A stretch of 63,923 bases of DNA, filler included, from Reclinomonas americana ATCC 50394 (lineage: Eukaryota), in assembly GCA_048213135.1 (NCBI GenBank). It is 6 parts of 5 records of this genome, joined end to end, with 100 filler letters (N's around TTAATTAATTAA, not from the genome) between each part and the next. Parts side by side here need not be neighbours in the genome. Positions count along the whole stretch, not along the records: positions 22,396 to 48,401 come from PS015410.1; positions 48,502 to 54,427 come from PS015412.1; 4 more parts are not named here. One strand, 5' to 3'. Below are positions 39,471-51,500 of the stretch, in pieces (position 1 is the stretch's first letter; every line of letters begins with the position of its first letter). The translations under genes and the position numbers were made by a program. The notes below the pieces were generated by a model. The model was not told where the DNA came from. It ran no database searches and saw only the letters and a program-made list of their open reading frames with translations.

Positions 39471-40379
39471 TGAGAAGATAAGGGGAAAGGAGGGGACGAA
39501 GGGAAGGGGAAGAGGGGAAGAGAGGGGGAAGGAGGGTAAGTGAGGGGGAAAAGGGGAAAGGGAGAGAGGGGGAAGAGGATTGCTGTGTCGAGGGCACCAT
39601 GATTGTTGTGTCCTTGCCCAATTCCCCTCCCTCTTGCTTCCCCTTTTCCCTCTCACCCCTTCCCCCCTTTCAGTCCCCTCCGCTGCAAGTGGCGTGGCAT
39701 TGGCCTCCATCCACATCAACAGCTCTGCCATCAGCCTCCGTTGAGTAGCATTCTTGATGATCAACAACCACCTTCCCAGCCCTGACGCGAAGAAAGAGAG
39801 AGAGAGAAAGAGAGAGAGGAGCAGAAGAAAAGAAGAAGAAGATGAAGAAACAGAAGCAGAGGCAGAAGCAGAAGAAAAGAGAAAATTGAGCAGGGAAGTG
39901 AGAGCGATGAGATGGAGGAAGAAGAGAACGAAGAGAGCAGGGAAGTGAGAGCAATGAGGTGGAGGAAAGCAAGAGGGAATAGAGAAAGTAATCAGATGCA
40001 AAGAAAGGAGAGAAACAGAGGAAGCACGTGAGAACTTATGGCGAGGAAACTCTCCAAACAGAAATAGAGAAAGCAGCTGAGCTCCGTCTCGCCTGCTGGA
40101 GTGCTACCGCTGCGTTGTTGCAAACGGCAATACTAGAAACAGCAAGCAACGAGCCCAGCACCTCGTTGAAGTTCCAAGAAACAAGAGCCTGGCTCATGTC
40201 GCCTTCCTACCCACACGAATGCGACGCAAACCATCACTTTCATCACATAGACAACCGTGTGACGAAAGCCACGCAACGTTCGTCATGCCTGCGTCTCTTC
40301 TCTTTCTCTCTCTCTTCTCTTGTTTCTCTTTTTTCTTTTCTCTTTTTCTTGCCTCTTCCCCCACCCCTTCGCCCCTCCC

Positions 40380-43300
40380 TCATCGACGGGTCGGTCGGCG
40401 TTGCTGCTGCTGCTGCTGCTGGTGATGTGGGGTTTGCTGCTGCTGGCGGCCCACCGCGAAAAACTCCGCCGCCAGCTCGTCACCGTAGCACAGATTCAGC
40501 GCCCGGCAGTGCTGCACCAGTGCACACCAGTGTTCATCGTTGGCCAGCACTTGCAGGTTGCCGACGACGATGAGCAGCTTGCGCGCGCGGGTAATGGCCA
40601 CGTTGAAGCGCTGCGGGTTGCGAAGGAACCCAAGACGGAACCTGCGCAAGGGGAAAGGGGGATTGTGGGCAAGGGAGAAGGGCGAAGGGAAGGGAGAAGG
40701 GGAACGGAAGGGGGCAAGGGAAAGTAAGAATGAGAGAGAGAGAAGAATGGATGAAGAGTAAAGCAACACTCGCTGGGGATCGTCAGTTGAGGAAGACATC
40801 ACGAGGGGATCGGATACTGAGCATCATAAGGGCAATATGAGAGCGCGAGTGTGAAAGTGCAAGAGAATATGCGAGAACTTGACCTCCCCGCCCAGCCTCC
40901 CCTATCCCTCTCTCCCATTAACACTCTCATCTCGCAACTATCAGCCGTTGAGACACTTCCTTTCCTTTCCTTCGTCCCTCTTTCGTCAATGCTTCCTCCT
41001 CTGCCTCTCTCTCTCTCGCTCTCCCATTCAAACACTCTTATCGCGCTCAGCCGTAGAGAAACTCCCCCTTCCTTCGCTTTGTCGTGAATGCTTCCTCCCC
41101 TGTCTCTCTCTCTCACTCTCATCTTGTTACTTTAGCCGATGAGACACTCCCTTCCCTTCCCCTTGTCCATCTTTCGTCAATTCTTCCCCCCTGCCTCTCT
41201 CACCCGTTCAAACACTCTCATCTCGCAACTGTCAGCCGCTGAGACACTCCCTTCCCTTCCCCTTGTCCATCTTTCATCAATTCTTCCCCCCTGCCTCTCT
41301 CACCCGTTCAAACACTCTCATCTCGTTACTGTCAGCCGCTGAGAGACTCCCTTTCCTTCCTTTGTCCATCTTTCGTCAATCCTTCCTCCCCTGCCTCTCT
41401 CTCTCTCTCCCTCTCTCGTTAAAACACTCTCGACTCGCAACTGTCAGCCGCTGACTTCCCTTTTGTTCCTCTTTCGTCAATAGTTCCTCCTCTCCCTCAA
41501 TCTCCTCCACTGTGATCTTCCACTCTGTTCTTTTCCTGCTTGTCCACTCATCCGACATTCATTGCCCTCACTCTCTCTCTCTAGCTCCATGCTCTCCTCC
41601 TCCCTTTCTCCCTCATGTTCTCTCGCTAATATCTTCGCTCCGCCACACGCGTCCACGGGAGGCGGAAGAGGAAATGGAGAAGAAGAGAAAAACAGGAGGA
41701 GGAGGAGCACAAGCAGAAGAACAATTGCGAGGGAATGTGAAGAAGAAGAACTGCAGCAACAAGAGAACAACAAGAACACTCCGAGTCCCTGCAAACGGCG
41801 CACACGGGCTTCTCTGTTAAATCTACTTTGCGCGTCCCCTGTCTCAATCCCTTCATCCCATTCCCAGCCCCCTGTGCCCTTTCCTTTCCCTCCCCAGCAC
41901 GCACTTTTGATCCGTCGTCCCGTGATCCGGCTGACTGCGCACAGTGGACAAGATGATGATATCGCGCTCCTGACCCTGGAAGTCCTCTGCTCTCAAGCAG
42001 TCAGCCAACAACTTTAACTCCCCTCACTTTGTCACATGCACGCAACCAACGGATCCGATCTTCGGATTCACATCGCGCCCGAATGTCTCGTGCACACGCC
42101 GCCGCAGACGCGCACACTGCGCCTCGTACGGGCTAATGATGCCCATGGCGAGCGACGGATTGATCTGCGGGTAGTCGCGCAGCAGCAGTCCCATGTATTG
42201 CACCACAACGTCGACCTCGGCAGTGTTGTACCAGGAGGGGCTGTGGGGAGGGAAAGGGGGGAGGAGGGCAAGGGGATAAGGGGGATGAGGGAAAGGGTGG
42301 ATTACGGTCGAGAGACCGTTGATGTTGGAACGAGAGTTGCACGAGATATATAGATAGATAGAGTGAGTGTGTGTGAGAGAGAGAAAGAGAGAGGGAGGAA
42401 GAGAGAGAAAGAGAGAAGAACAGAGAAAGAGAGAGCAAGAGAGAGAGAGAAAGAAAGAGAGAGGAAAAGAAAGGAAGAGAGACAGAAAGATACAGATCAA
42501 GGGTTGAGGGTCCAGGGTCAAAGGGAGAGAGAGATAGAGAAAGAGAGAATGGTAAAGAGACGCAGAGAAAGAGAGCTCGATTGGGATGCGAGGACAACCG
42601 ACGAGAGCGTTGGAAACAGAGCCAAAGGCACAGAGATAGCGATCAATGTGTCAGGGGTCATAGACAGAGAGAGAAAGAGAGAGGCACAAGGAGAGAGAGG
42701 CAGTGAAAAGAAGGAAACAAACAAATAGGAAGGATAAAGCGAGAGAAAGACAGAAAGCAACGAAAAAGAGAGGGAGAGAAAGAACAAGCAAAAGACAAAC
42801 TGCTGGCCACAAATACCTCGTGAAATCCTGCTCCTCTTCTCCAAACGTGAGGTGGTGCAACATGAGCGGAATGCGCGCCAGCAAGTACTCCTGCTCGCCG
42901 GGGAAGTTGGCCATTTCGTTGGGCACGCGGACCTCGCGGAGTTCCGGCCACATGCAGAACGAGGAGACTTCATAGGGTGGTGCGCGGGCCACGAGCTGCG
43001 GAGAGGGGAAGGGATGAGAAGGGAAAAGATGGGGAGACATCGACAATCTCCTGCTGCCAACTACTTGCAGCTTTCCTTCCCCTCCCTTTCGCCCTCCCTC
43101 TCCATCCCTCCCCATTCAGCCCACCTCATCCCCATAGAACAACTGCGACGGCACCGTCAGCAGCGACTCGTGGCACCTGCACCAAATCCGAAGAAAGTCA
43201 GACCACCTCCCTCCCATTTCCCCCTTCCCGCAACCCCTTCCCCAAATAAGCACCGATAATTGTCCACCAACTTGGTCATGTAGCCGAACGGCATCGCATG

Positions 43301-44188
43301 ATCCACCGCCTCCTCCGGGAAGTGCGACATTAGCCGCTCAAACATCGACCGCTCGAGGCCATCGAGCAGCGGCGCACGCGTCACCGCATCCAAGCAGTGC
43401 ACGACCGGTCGCAGCTGCTTGGCGTCGCCGGCCAGGATGAAGCGTGTCGGGCGGTGCGGTCCGACCAGGCAGCTAATGGCCTGCACGGTCTCCGGCTCGG
43501 TGCAGAAGCCGGCCTCGTCGACGATGATGTGGGTGAAGTGGCAGGAGGGGATGCCCATGGCCACCAGGGTGGCTGGAGAGGGAAAGGGGAGATAGGGGAA
43601 GGAGATGATTGAAGAGAACGAGAGGGAGAGAGAGAAAAAANNNNNNNNNNNNNNNNNNNNCGCGCAGCGCCTGCAACCTCCTCGTGGAACGCCTCGACAG
43701 CGTCTTCCCGCACTCCACCGACATGCTGCGCCTCTACGCCCGCTCGTACGCGCCACACACCCTCCCGCCCGTGATTCGTCGCCACTGCATCCTCGACGAC
43801 AGCCGCGGCATGTTCATGACGGACGAGTTCACGCTGCAGGAGCACGTGTTGCCGGCCAAGGTCATCGTGTGCACGCTGTCGGTGGCAAGTGCGTCAGCTG
43901 ATTCCCTTGCCTCAATTCTTAACGCTTCATTGACTGACTTGTGTCTGTTTGTCTCTCTCTCTCTCTCTCCCCTTCTCATTGTCATACTGGTTAATGTCAT
44001 CTCCCCTGCTGTGTTCTTCACTGATGTCCTGTCGATTATTTATCTCTGATGTCTCTCTCGTCGTTTGTTTCATGCTCTCCCGTCTTCTGTCTCTCTCCTC
44101 TCTTGCTGTCTTCTCCACTGGCATCCTTGTTTCTGATTCCTCCTCTCTTTCATTTGTCTCTCTCCTCTCGTTTGTCCACGCTTCTCTC

Positions 44189-44256
<68 letters not shown>

Positions 44257-45447
44257 NNNNNNNNNNNNNNNNNNNNNNNNNNNNNNNNNNNNNNNNNNNN
44301 NNNNNNNNNNNNNNNNNNNNNNNNNNNNNNNNNNNNNNNNNNNNNNNNNNNNNNNNNNNNNNNNNNNNNNNNNNNNNNNNNNNNNNNNNNNNNNNNNNNN
44401 NNNNNNNNNNNNNNNNNNNNNNNNNNNNNNNNNNNNNNNNNNNNNNNNNNNNNNNNNNNNNNNNNNNNNNNNNNNNNNNNNNNNNNNNNNNNNNNNNNNN
44501 NNNNNNNNNNNNNNNNNNNNNNNNNNNNNNNNNNNNNNNNNNNNNNNNNNNNNNNNNNNNNNNNNNNNNNNNNNNNNNNNNNNNNNNNNNNNNNNNNNNN
44601 NNNNNNNNNNNNNNNNNNNNNNNNNNNNNNNNNNNNNNNNNNNNNNNNNNNNNNNNNNNNNNNNNNNNNNNNNNNNNNNNNNNNNNNNNNNNNNNNNNNN
44701 NNNNNNNNNNNNNNNNNNNNNNNNNNNNNNNNNNNNNNNNNNNNNNNNNNNNNNNNNNNNNNNNNNNNNNNNNNNNNNNNNNNNNNNNNNNNNNNNNNNN
44801 NNNNNNNNNNNNNNNNNNNNNNNNNNNNNNNNNNNNNNNNNNNNNNNNNNNNNNNNNNNNNNNNNNNNNNNNNNNNNNNNNNNNNNNNNNNNNNNNNNNN
44901 NNNNNNNNNNNNNNNNNNNNNNNNNNNNNNNNNNNNNNNNNNNNNNNNNNNNNNNNNNNNNNNNNNNNNNNNNNNNNNNNNNNNNNNNNNNNNNNNNNNN
45001 NNNNNNNNNNNNNNNNNNNNNNNNNNNNNNNNNNNNNNNNNNNNNNNNNNNNNNNNNNNNNNNNNNNNNNNNNNNNNNNNNNNNNNNNNNNNNNNNNNNN
45101 NNNNNNNNNNNNNNNNNNNNNNNNNNNNNNNNNNNNNNNNNNNNNNNNNNNNNNNNNNNNNNNNNNNNNNNNNNNNNNNNNNNNNNNNNNNNNNNNNNNN
45201 NNNNNNNNNNNNNNNNNNNNNNNACAAGGGGGAAAGGGGTGAGGGGCAGAAGGGAAGAGAAGGGAGAAGGAGGGAGAAAAGGGATAGAGGGTGAGGGGAG
45301 GGACGGGAAGAAGGATGAAGTCAAAGGTGAGAAAGAGAAGTAGGGAGACAAAGAGCAACTTATAAAAGAGAGAGAGAGAGAGAGACGAAATCAACAGATG
45401 AGTCGAACTGCAAATCACACAAGAGGTCTAGGACTGGTAGCGAGAAA

Positions 45448-45496
<49 letters not shown>

Positions 45497-48400
45497 GAGA
45501 GAAGAAGAGAGAGAGAGACGAGAGAAGGAGAGAGAGCGAGAAGGAGAAAGAGAACGAGCGAGAGAGAGAGAAAGAGAGAGAAAGAGAGAGAGCGAGAAAG
45601 AGTTTGCGATAGAGAGACAGAGAGAAAGGCGAGAAGTAGACAGAGAGAGGGAGAGAGACAGAGAGACTGCGAGAGAAAGAAAACAAAGAGACAGGGAGCA
45701 ATGGAAGAAAGACAAAAAATGAGAGTAGAATAGCCAAGAGACGAGTTGATTAGAATGCAATAACGGACAGCGCACGAGCGGGAAAGAGGATCATGAAAGA
45801 ATGGAAGCCGGTAGGAGAGAATAGAAAGACGAGAAACATCGCGAAAGAGAGAGAGAAAATCTGAGGGAATAACTCCAGAAAACAACAAGGAACGCCGCGA
45901 AACGGAGTGTGTATGCGCAAGAGAGATGAAGAAAGACAGTCGCCCCACGTTTGCCGCACCTGTTCGACGCCGCACACAGCAGCACGCGATGGTCAACATT
46001 CCGGCGTGTGCCGCAGAAGAGCTGGCAGATGATCTCCACCACGGTGGCGCTCTTGCCAGTGCCGGGTGGTCCCCAGATCAGCAGTGGCGGCAATTGGTCA
46101 CCTTCTGCGCTTCAGGGGTGAGATCCTGTTCCTTCTCCCTCCACCCTTCCCCCCATACCCACCATTCGGGATCGTCGCACTATCAATGGCGCGATGCTGC
46201 CGCTGATTCGGCACCAGTCCACTGTAGAAGCGGTCGATCGGCGGGGCCGACAGCTGCAGTGCCAGGCCGATCTCGTCTTGCTCGGCCGTGAACTCGGGGA
46301 AGAGCAGGGTGCGGTAGACGTGCTCGGATTCGCGGTCGTCGTTGCAGCGCAGAGGGATTTGTTCGAGGGACCAGTATTGGCTGCGAAGAGGGGGAAGGGA
46401 GAGGAGAAGGGGAAGGGGAGGGGGAAGGGGAAGGGGAAGGGGAAGGGGAAATAAGCGACAGAGACACGGAATTTCATTCGCGACAAAGAGCAGAAGCGAG
46501 TGCAAATGTCTTCAATAGGGACCGAAACCGCAAGACAGAAGCAAGAACTCAGTCCGACCATCAACAATCTCTCTCCTGAAACAAAGGTGACGAAAATGCT
46601 TGCAAGCAACAAATAAGACTTGACAACATATCGGCACGATGAGATAATGCTGAGGTTGCAAGCAGGCAGAGACATGGCGCCTGAGTGCTCTGGCTGCCAC
46701 ATGTACTCTGCCACAAAGTCTCACTCCATGGAGACTGCACGATCTTCCTTTTCTATCTCAGCAAATTGCGGCAACCCCATCTCTCTCCAAACGCTCAATC
46801 TGTCGTACACAACACCAAAATATTATTGTTAGACGCAGTATCCCACTCTCCTTTCTCCATCACTCTCTCTCTCTCTCTCTCTCACCCTGACACATTCTCA
46901 CGCCACACCGAGAGACAGCATGCTGTCTCCATCTTTCTTTCTCTCGCAGAATACCGGAACTTACTGCAACCCTCCCTCTCTCGCACACACGCACGCACAC
47001 ACATATCACACGTACACACTGCATCAATGTACGATTCGCAAGACATTGATGGACAAGATGAGGCCTTTCTATCCCTATCCGTTCTCGCCCACTCCTTGTC
47101 CTGCTCTCTCTTCCCTTCCCCGCCCTTCCCCTTCCCACCCTTCCCCTGCGTGCGCACCGTCTCACCGGCAACCGATTGGCCCTGAAAAACACATTGTAGT
47201 ATCGATTCGGTTCAAACAGCGCCGACTCGAACTGCGGGCTAGGGCACACGAGCACGCTGTCAAAGTTGAGCTCGTGAATGATGCCCTCCCACAGCAGGCG
47301 CGGCCGGGCGTCGTCGACGGCGTGAATGTACACCGAGTCGCCTGGGCGCGCAAAGGGAGAGGGAGGAGGGAGGGAGAAGGAAGGAGTGAGAAAGAGAGGG
47401 AGAAAGAGAAAGAGAATGAGAGGGAGTGAGAAAGATAAAGAAAAGAAAAGAGAGAAGAAGTGCGAGAGAAAGAAAGAGAGATATGCAATAAAGAAAGTAA
47501 AAAGGAAAAGGAGAAAGACACAGAGAGGGGGACAGAGAGAAGCAAAGAGAGAAACGAGAGGGAGAGAAGGCTGGCTGAACATTGACTGAGAGGTGGCGAA
47601 CCTCGCATAACGGAGGGACGACCCTCGGACAAATTCGGCACCGGCACCTCGTACAGCTCTTCGGCGTTGGGGCGGCTCATCATGCGGCGCAGCTTCTCCG
47701 TTACGCGGTACGTCTCGATCTCCTGGCTCGTGTACACGTCTTCGAGCAGGAGGAGCAGGTTGAAGTGCACGGCATAGGTCTCAAAGTGGAGGCGACCCAT
47801 TTCTGCACGACGAAGAGGAGCGTGAGACGCTGTCTTGACAGAAATACTACACAATGCACGCACTTTCCAGCTCCGCCAGCACGGCTGGCACGTCCAGATC
47901 CTCCGGCAGGTCGTAGAAGGGCAGTTGGAATTGATAGATGGGTTTGCTGTGTGCAACAGGATGATTGGCAAAAACTCGTCCGAGAGAAGTCATCCTCTCT
48001 CCTCCCTCACCCCCTTTTCCTCATCCACTTACTTTCTCCGCTCCCCCTTCTGGGCACCGCCGTAGAACGGCACTCCGGGCACCACCTCCCAGTACTGCCC
48101 GTTGAGCTTGATCCGCACCGAGTCGGTGCGGGTGAGCTGGAAATCCTCCGCTCTCCCCGCGTGATGCCCACCGCCGCGCCCACCTCGACCTCCACGCCCT
48201 CCTCCACGCCCACCTCCACGCCCACCGCGATCATCACCACCACCACCACCCCTTCCCCTTCCACCTCCTCGTCCTCCGCGACCTCCACCATCTCCTCGAC
48301 CTCGCCCTCCACGCCCACCACGCCCGCCTCGCACATCCTGAAAGTGGCCACCACCTCGATGCTCGTGGAACACGGGCGGGGCGCGGCCGGCGGGCGCCAG
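40380..48400 (-). CDS. MOV10: MOV10/SDE3/Armitage-like SF1B (UPF1-like) RNA helicase with RGG-rich N-terminal segment; 5'-partial
   Basis: [108 protein letters not shown]. Confidence 0.88.
40915..41455. repeat. Degenerate ~100-bp tandem repeat (aacactctcatctcgcaactgtcagccg..) in a helicase intron
   Basis: About 6 recognisable copies. Confidence 0.75.
43668..43888 (+). CDS. Exon of the MOV10-like gene lying in inverted orientation
   Basis: Encodes [16 protein letters not shown] (helicase motif Ia-Ib region); splice phases match the flanking minus-strand exons; segment bounded by N gaps. Confidence 0.85.
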
Positions 48401-48569
48401 TNNNNNNNNNNNNNNNNNNNNNNNNNNNNNNNNNNNNNNNNNNNNTTAATTAATTAANNNNNNNNNNNNNNNNNNNNNNNNNNNNNNNNNNNNNNNNNNN
48501 NGTGGGCGTTTTTATCGCATTATTGGAATGTGGTGAATGAAGTGTTAACGTCGTCTTCATCGACAGGGC

Positions 48570-51500
48570 TCACATCATGGAACATCGAACTCTGAATCTC
48601 TCGTCCTCCTCGCCACACTCAGCACCAATCGCGTTGGTGAAATCGGGCAAGACGGTGCCGATGATGCGTTCCACAAGCCCGCGACTGTTTCGACGCATCA
48701 GTTGAATCGCACTGCCAGACACACGGGCGGTGTACGCAGAACCGAACGCCAAGCGGCGAAGATAAGTCACATGATTCGCCGAAGGGTCCACGAGTTCCGC
48801 CTGCTCATCAAGAGGCACTTCTTTTCCAGTCGACAGTGACCACACACGTACTTCTCCGCGACCAGTGCCACTCACGATGTACTTACCATCGGGAGTGACA
48901 TCGACAGAGTGCACCCCACTAGTGTGTCCCTCCAGTCGTCGCACTTCCTTTCCACTTGCCAGTGACCACACTCGCACTGTGCCGTCCCAACTCCCACTTA
49001 CGAGAAGCTGACCATCGGGAGTGACGGCGACAGACACTACACTGCCTGTGTGTCCCTCCAGTCGGCGCACCTCCTCGCCGCTAGCCAGCGACCACACTCG
49101 CATTGTGCTGTCACGACTCCCACTCACAAGCTGCTGACCGTCAGGAGTGACGGCGACACAGTTCACCCATTCGCCGTGTCCCTCCAACCGCCACAACTCA
49201 TTTCCACTCGCCAATGACCATACCCGCACTGTGTTGTCCCCACCTCCGCTGAGAATGCGCTGACCGTCAGGAGCGACGACAACACAGTCCACACATTGAG
49301 TGCGGCCTTCAAACCGCCGCAACTCATCTCCACTCGCCAATGACCACACTCGCACCGTCTTGTCACGGCCTCCACTGACAATGTACTGACCATTGGGAGT
49401 GACGGTGACACACGTTACACAATCACTGCGCCCCTCAAATCGTCGCACTTCTTCTCCACGATCCAAAGACCACACCAGAATAGACCCGTTCTCACCCCCA
49501 CTCACAGCGTGTTGACCATCTGGAGAAACAGTAAATGCGGAGGACTGTCCTGCCACCTTCCACAATTCCTCGCCTGTTGACAGTGACCACAGCCTCACAG
49601 TGCCATCATCACCGGCACTCACAACGTGCTGACAGTCGTGGGTGAGCACAACTGAATGCACCGATCCGGTGTGTCCGCCCAACCGTCGCACACCTTCATC
49701 ACCTATCACAGACCACATTCGTACTGTCTTATCTATACTCCCACTCACGATATACTGACCGTCAGGAGTAACTGTAACTGAACGCAATTGACCAGTATGT
49801 CCCTCCAACCGCCGCACCTCTCCGCCACTCGCCAGTGACCAAAGTCGCACTGTCGAGTCCCTACCACCGCTGACGACATGCTGCCCATCGGGAGTGACGG
49901 CGACAGCGAATACCCAACCCGTATGGCCTTCCAGTCGGCGCACCTCCTCGCCACTCGCAATGGACCACACCCGTACAGTCTCGTCCTCACTGCCACTCAC
50001 AATACGCTGGCCATCTGGAGTGACAGCGACTGAACTTACCCTGTCTGTGTGGCCTTCCAGTCGGCGCACCTCCTCGCCACTTGCCATTGACCACACTCGT
50101 ACAGTCTTGTCCCAACTGCCACTCACAATGTGTTGGCCATCGGGTGTTACTGCCACTGCCCACACCCCATCCGTGTGGCCATCCAGTCGGCGCACCTCCT
50201 CGCCACTTCCCAACGACCACACCCGCACAGTCATGTCATAACTGCCACTCACAATGTGCTTGCCATCAGGTGTCAAAGCCACTGCAAGCACCCAATCCGT
50301 GTGGCCTTCCAGTCGGCACACCTCCTCGCCAGTTGCCATCGACCACACTCGTACAGTCTCGTCCCAACTGCCACTGACAACATGCTGACCATTGGGTGTC
50401 ACTGCCACTGCAGTCACCACACTCGTGTGGCCTTCCAGTCGGCGCATCTCCTTGCCACTTGCCATCGACCACACCCGAACAGTCATATCGTGACTGCCAC
50501 TAACAATGTGCTGCCCATCGGGTGTCACGGCCACTGCAGACACCTCTCTCGTGTGACTCACCATCGGCTTCCTCGGCCACTTCACGCCTGTCACATCCGC
50601 CCCTCTGAAATCCGCCTCCCTCGCATACGCCATGCACACATTTACCCCTTGCAAATCCGCTCCCCTCCACACCGTCCGGTGCATCACCGCATCCCTCAAA
50701 TCCGCACCCCTCACTCGCACACCCGACAGATCTCGCCCACTGAATGACACTTGTGCCACACACAGCACCGTTGCTGCATTCGCTGCTGCCGTCACCACCC
50801 GCTCCTCATCCACCACACGTGACAACTCAATCACCTCCCACAGTCTCGCTTGCAACGCAGAAGACCGTCGCACGACCTCGGCCATCTGCTCAATCAATGA
50901 TGGTCTGTCGTTCAGAAGTCGCACTGCCAACACATGCTGTTGCACATCTTGCACCGTCAATCTCCTCTCCTCATCCCACGTCTCCCACGCAACCACATGC
51001 CGAGCCACACAGTGCTCCAGCAACGACAGATGCACGAATCCCCACTGCGTCGTCCCAAACCGTCGCACAATCGGACAGCACACTCGCACATGCTGGTTCT
51101 TGTGACCAAGGAACTTGTCCAACGGTTCCTCTTCCACTCGTCGCAAAGCCAGTGGCGCACCACCAAAGTCATCCTCACTTGATCGACTCTCCGACACAGA
51201 CACACGCACAGCATTCCTCTCATGCATCGACCGTGCCAGTCCCTCACAGAACGAGAGACACGTCTCCTCACTCGGCACACGCTCCGCACCAAGACGCGTC
51301 TGTCTCTCCTGCTCCCTCATTATCCACTGTCGAATGAATCGGTCAAACACATCACACCGAGTCGGTCGCTGCACTCCATTCGCCACCAACTGCGGCAACA
51401 CACGAGCCACCACTGCCAGAAGGAACGGATTCGACACCAGCGCGTCCAGTCCATGTACACTCTTCAGCGCACGAATGTACTCAACGGCAGTCGACCATCG

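Noticed and set aside
39670..40290. Possible extra minus-strand exons downstream of the helicase stop
   Set aside because: Coding-like but no consistent frame could be assembled.
48400..48570. Apparent adjacency of the MOV10-like gene and the NLR-like gene
   Set aside because: A linker separates them; they are on different scaffolds.
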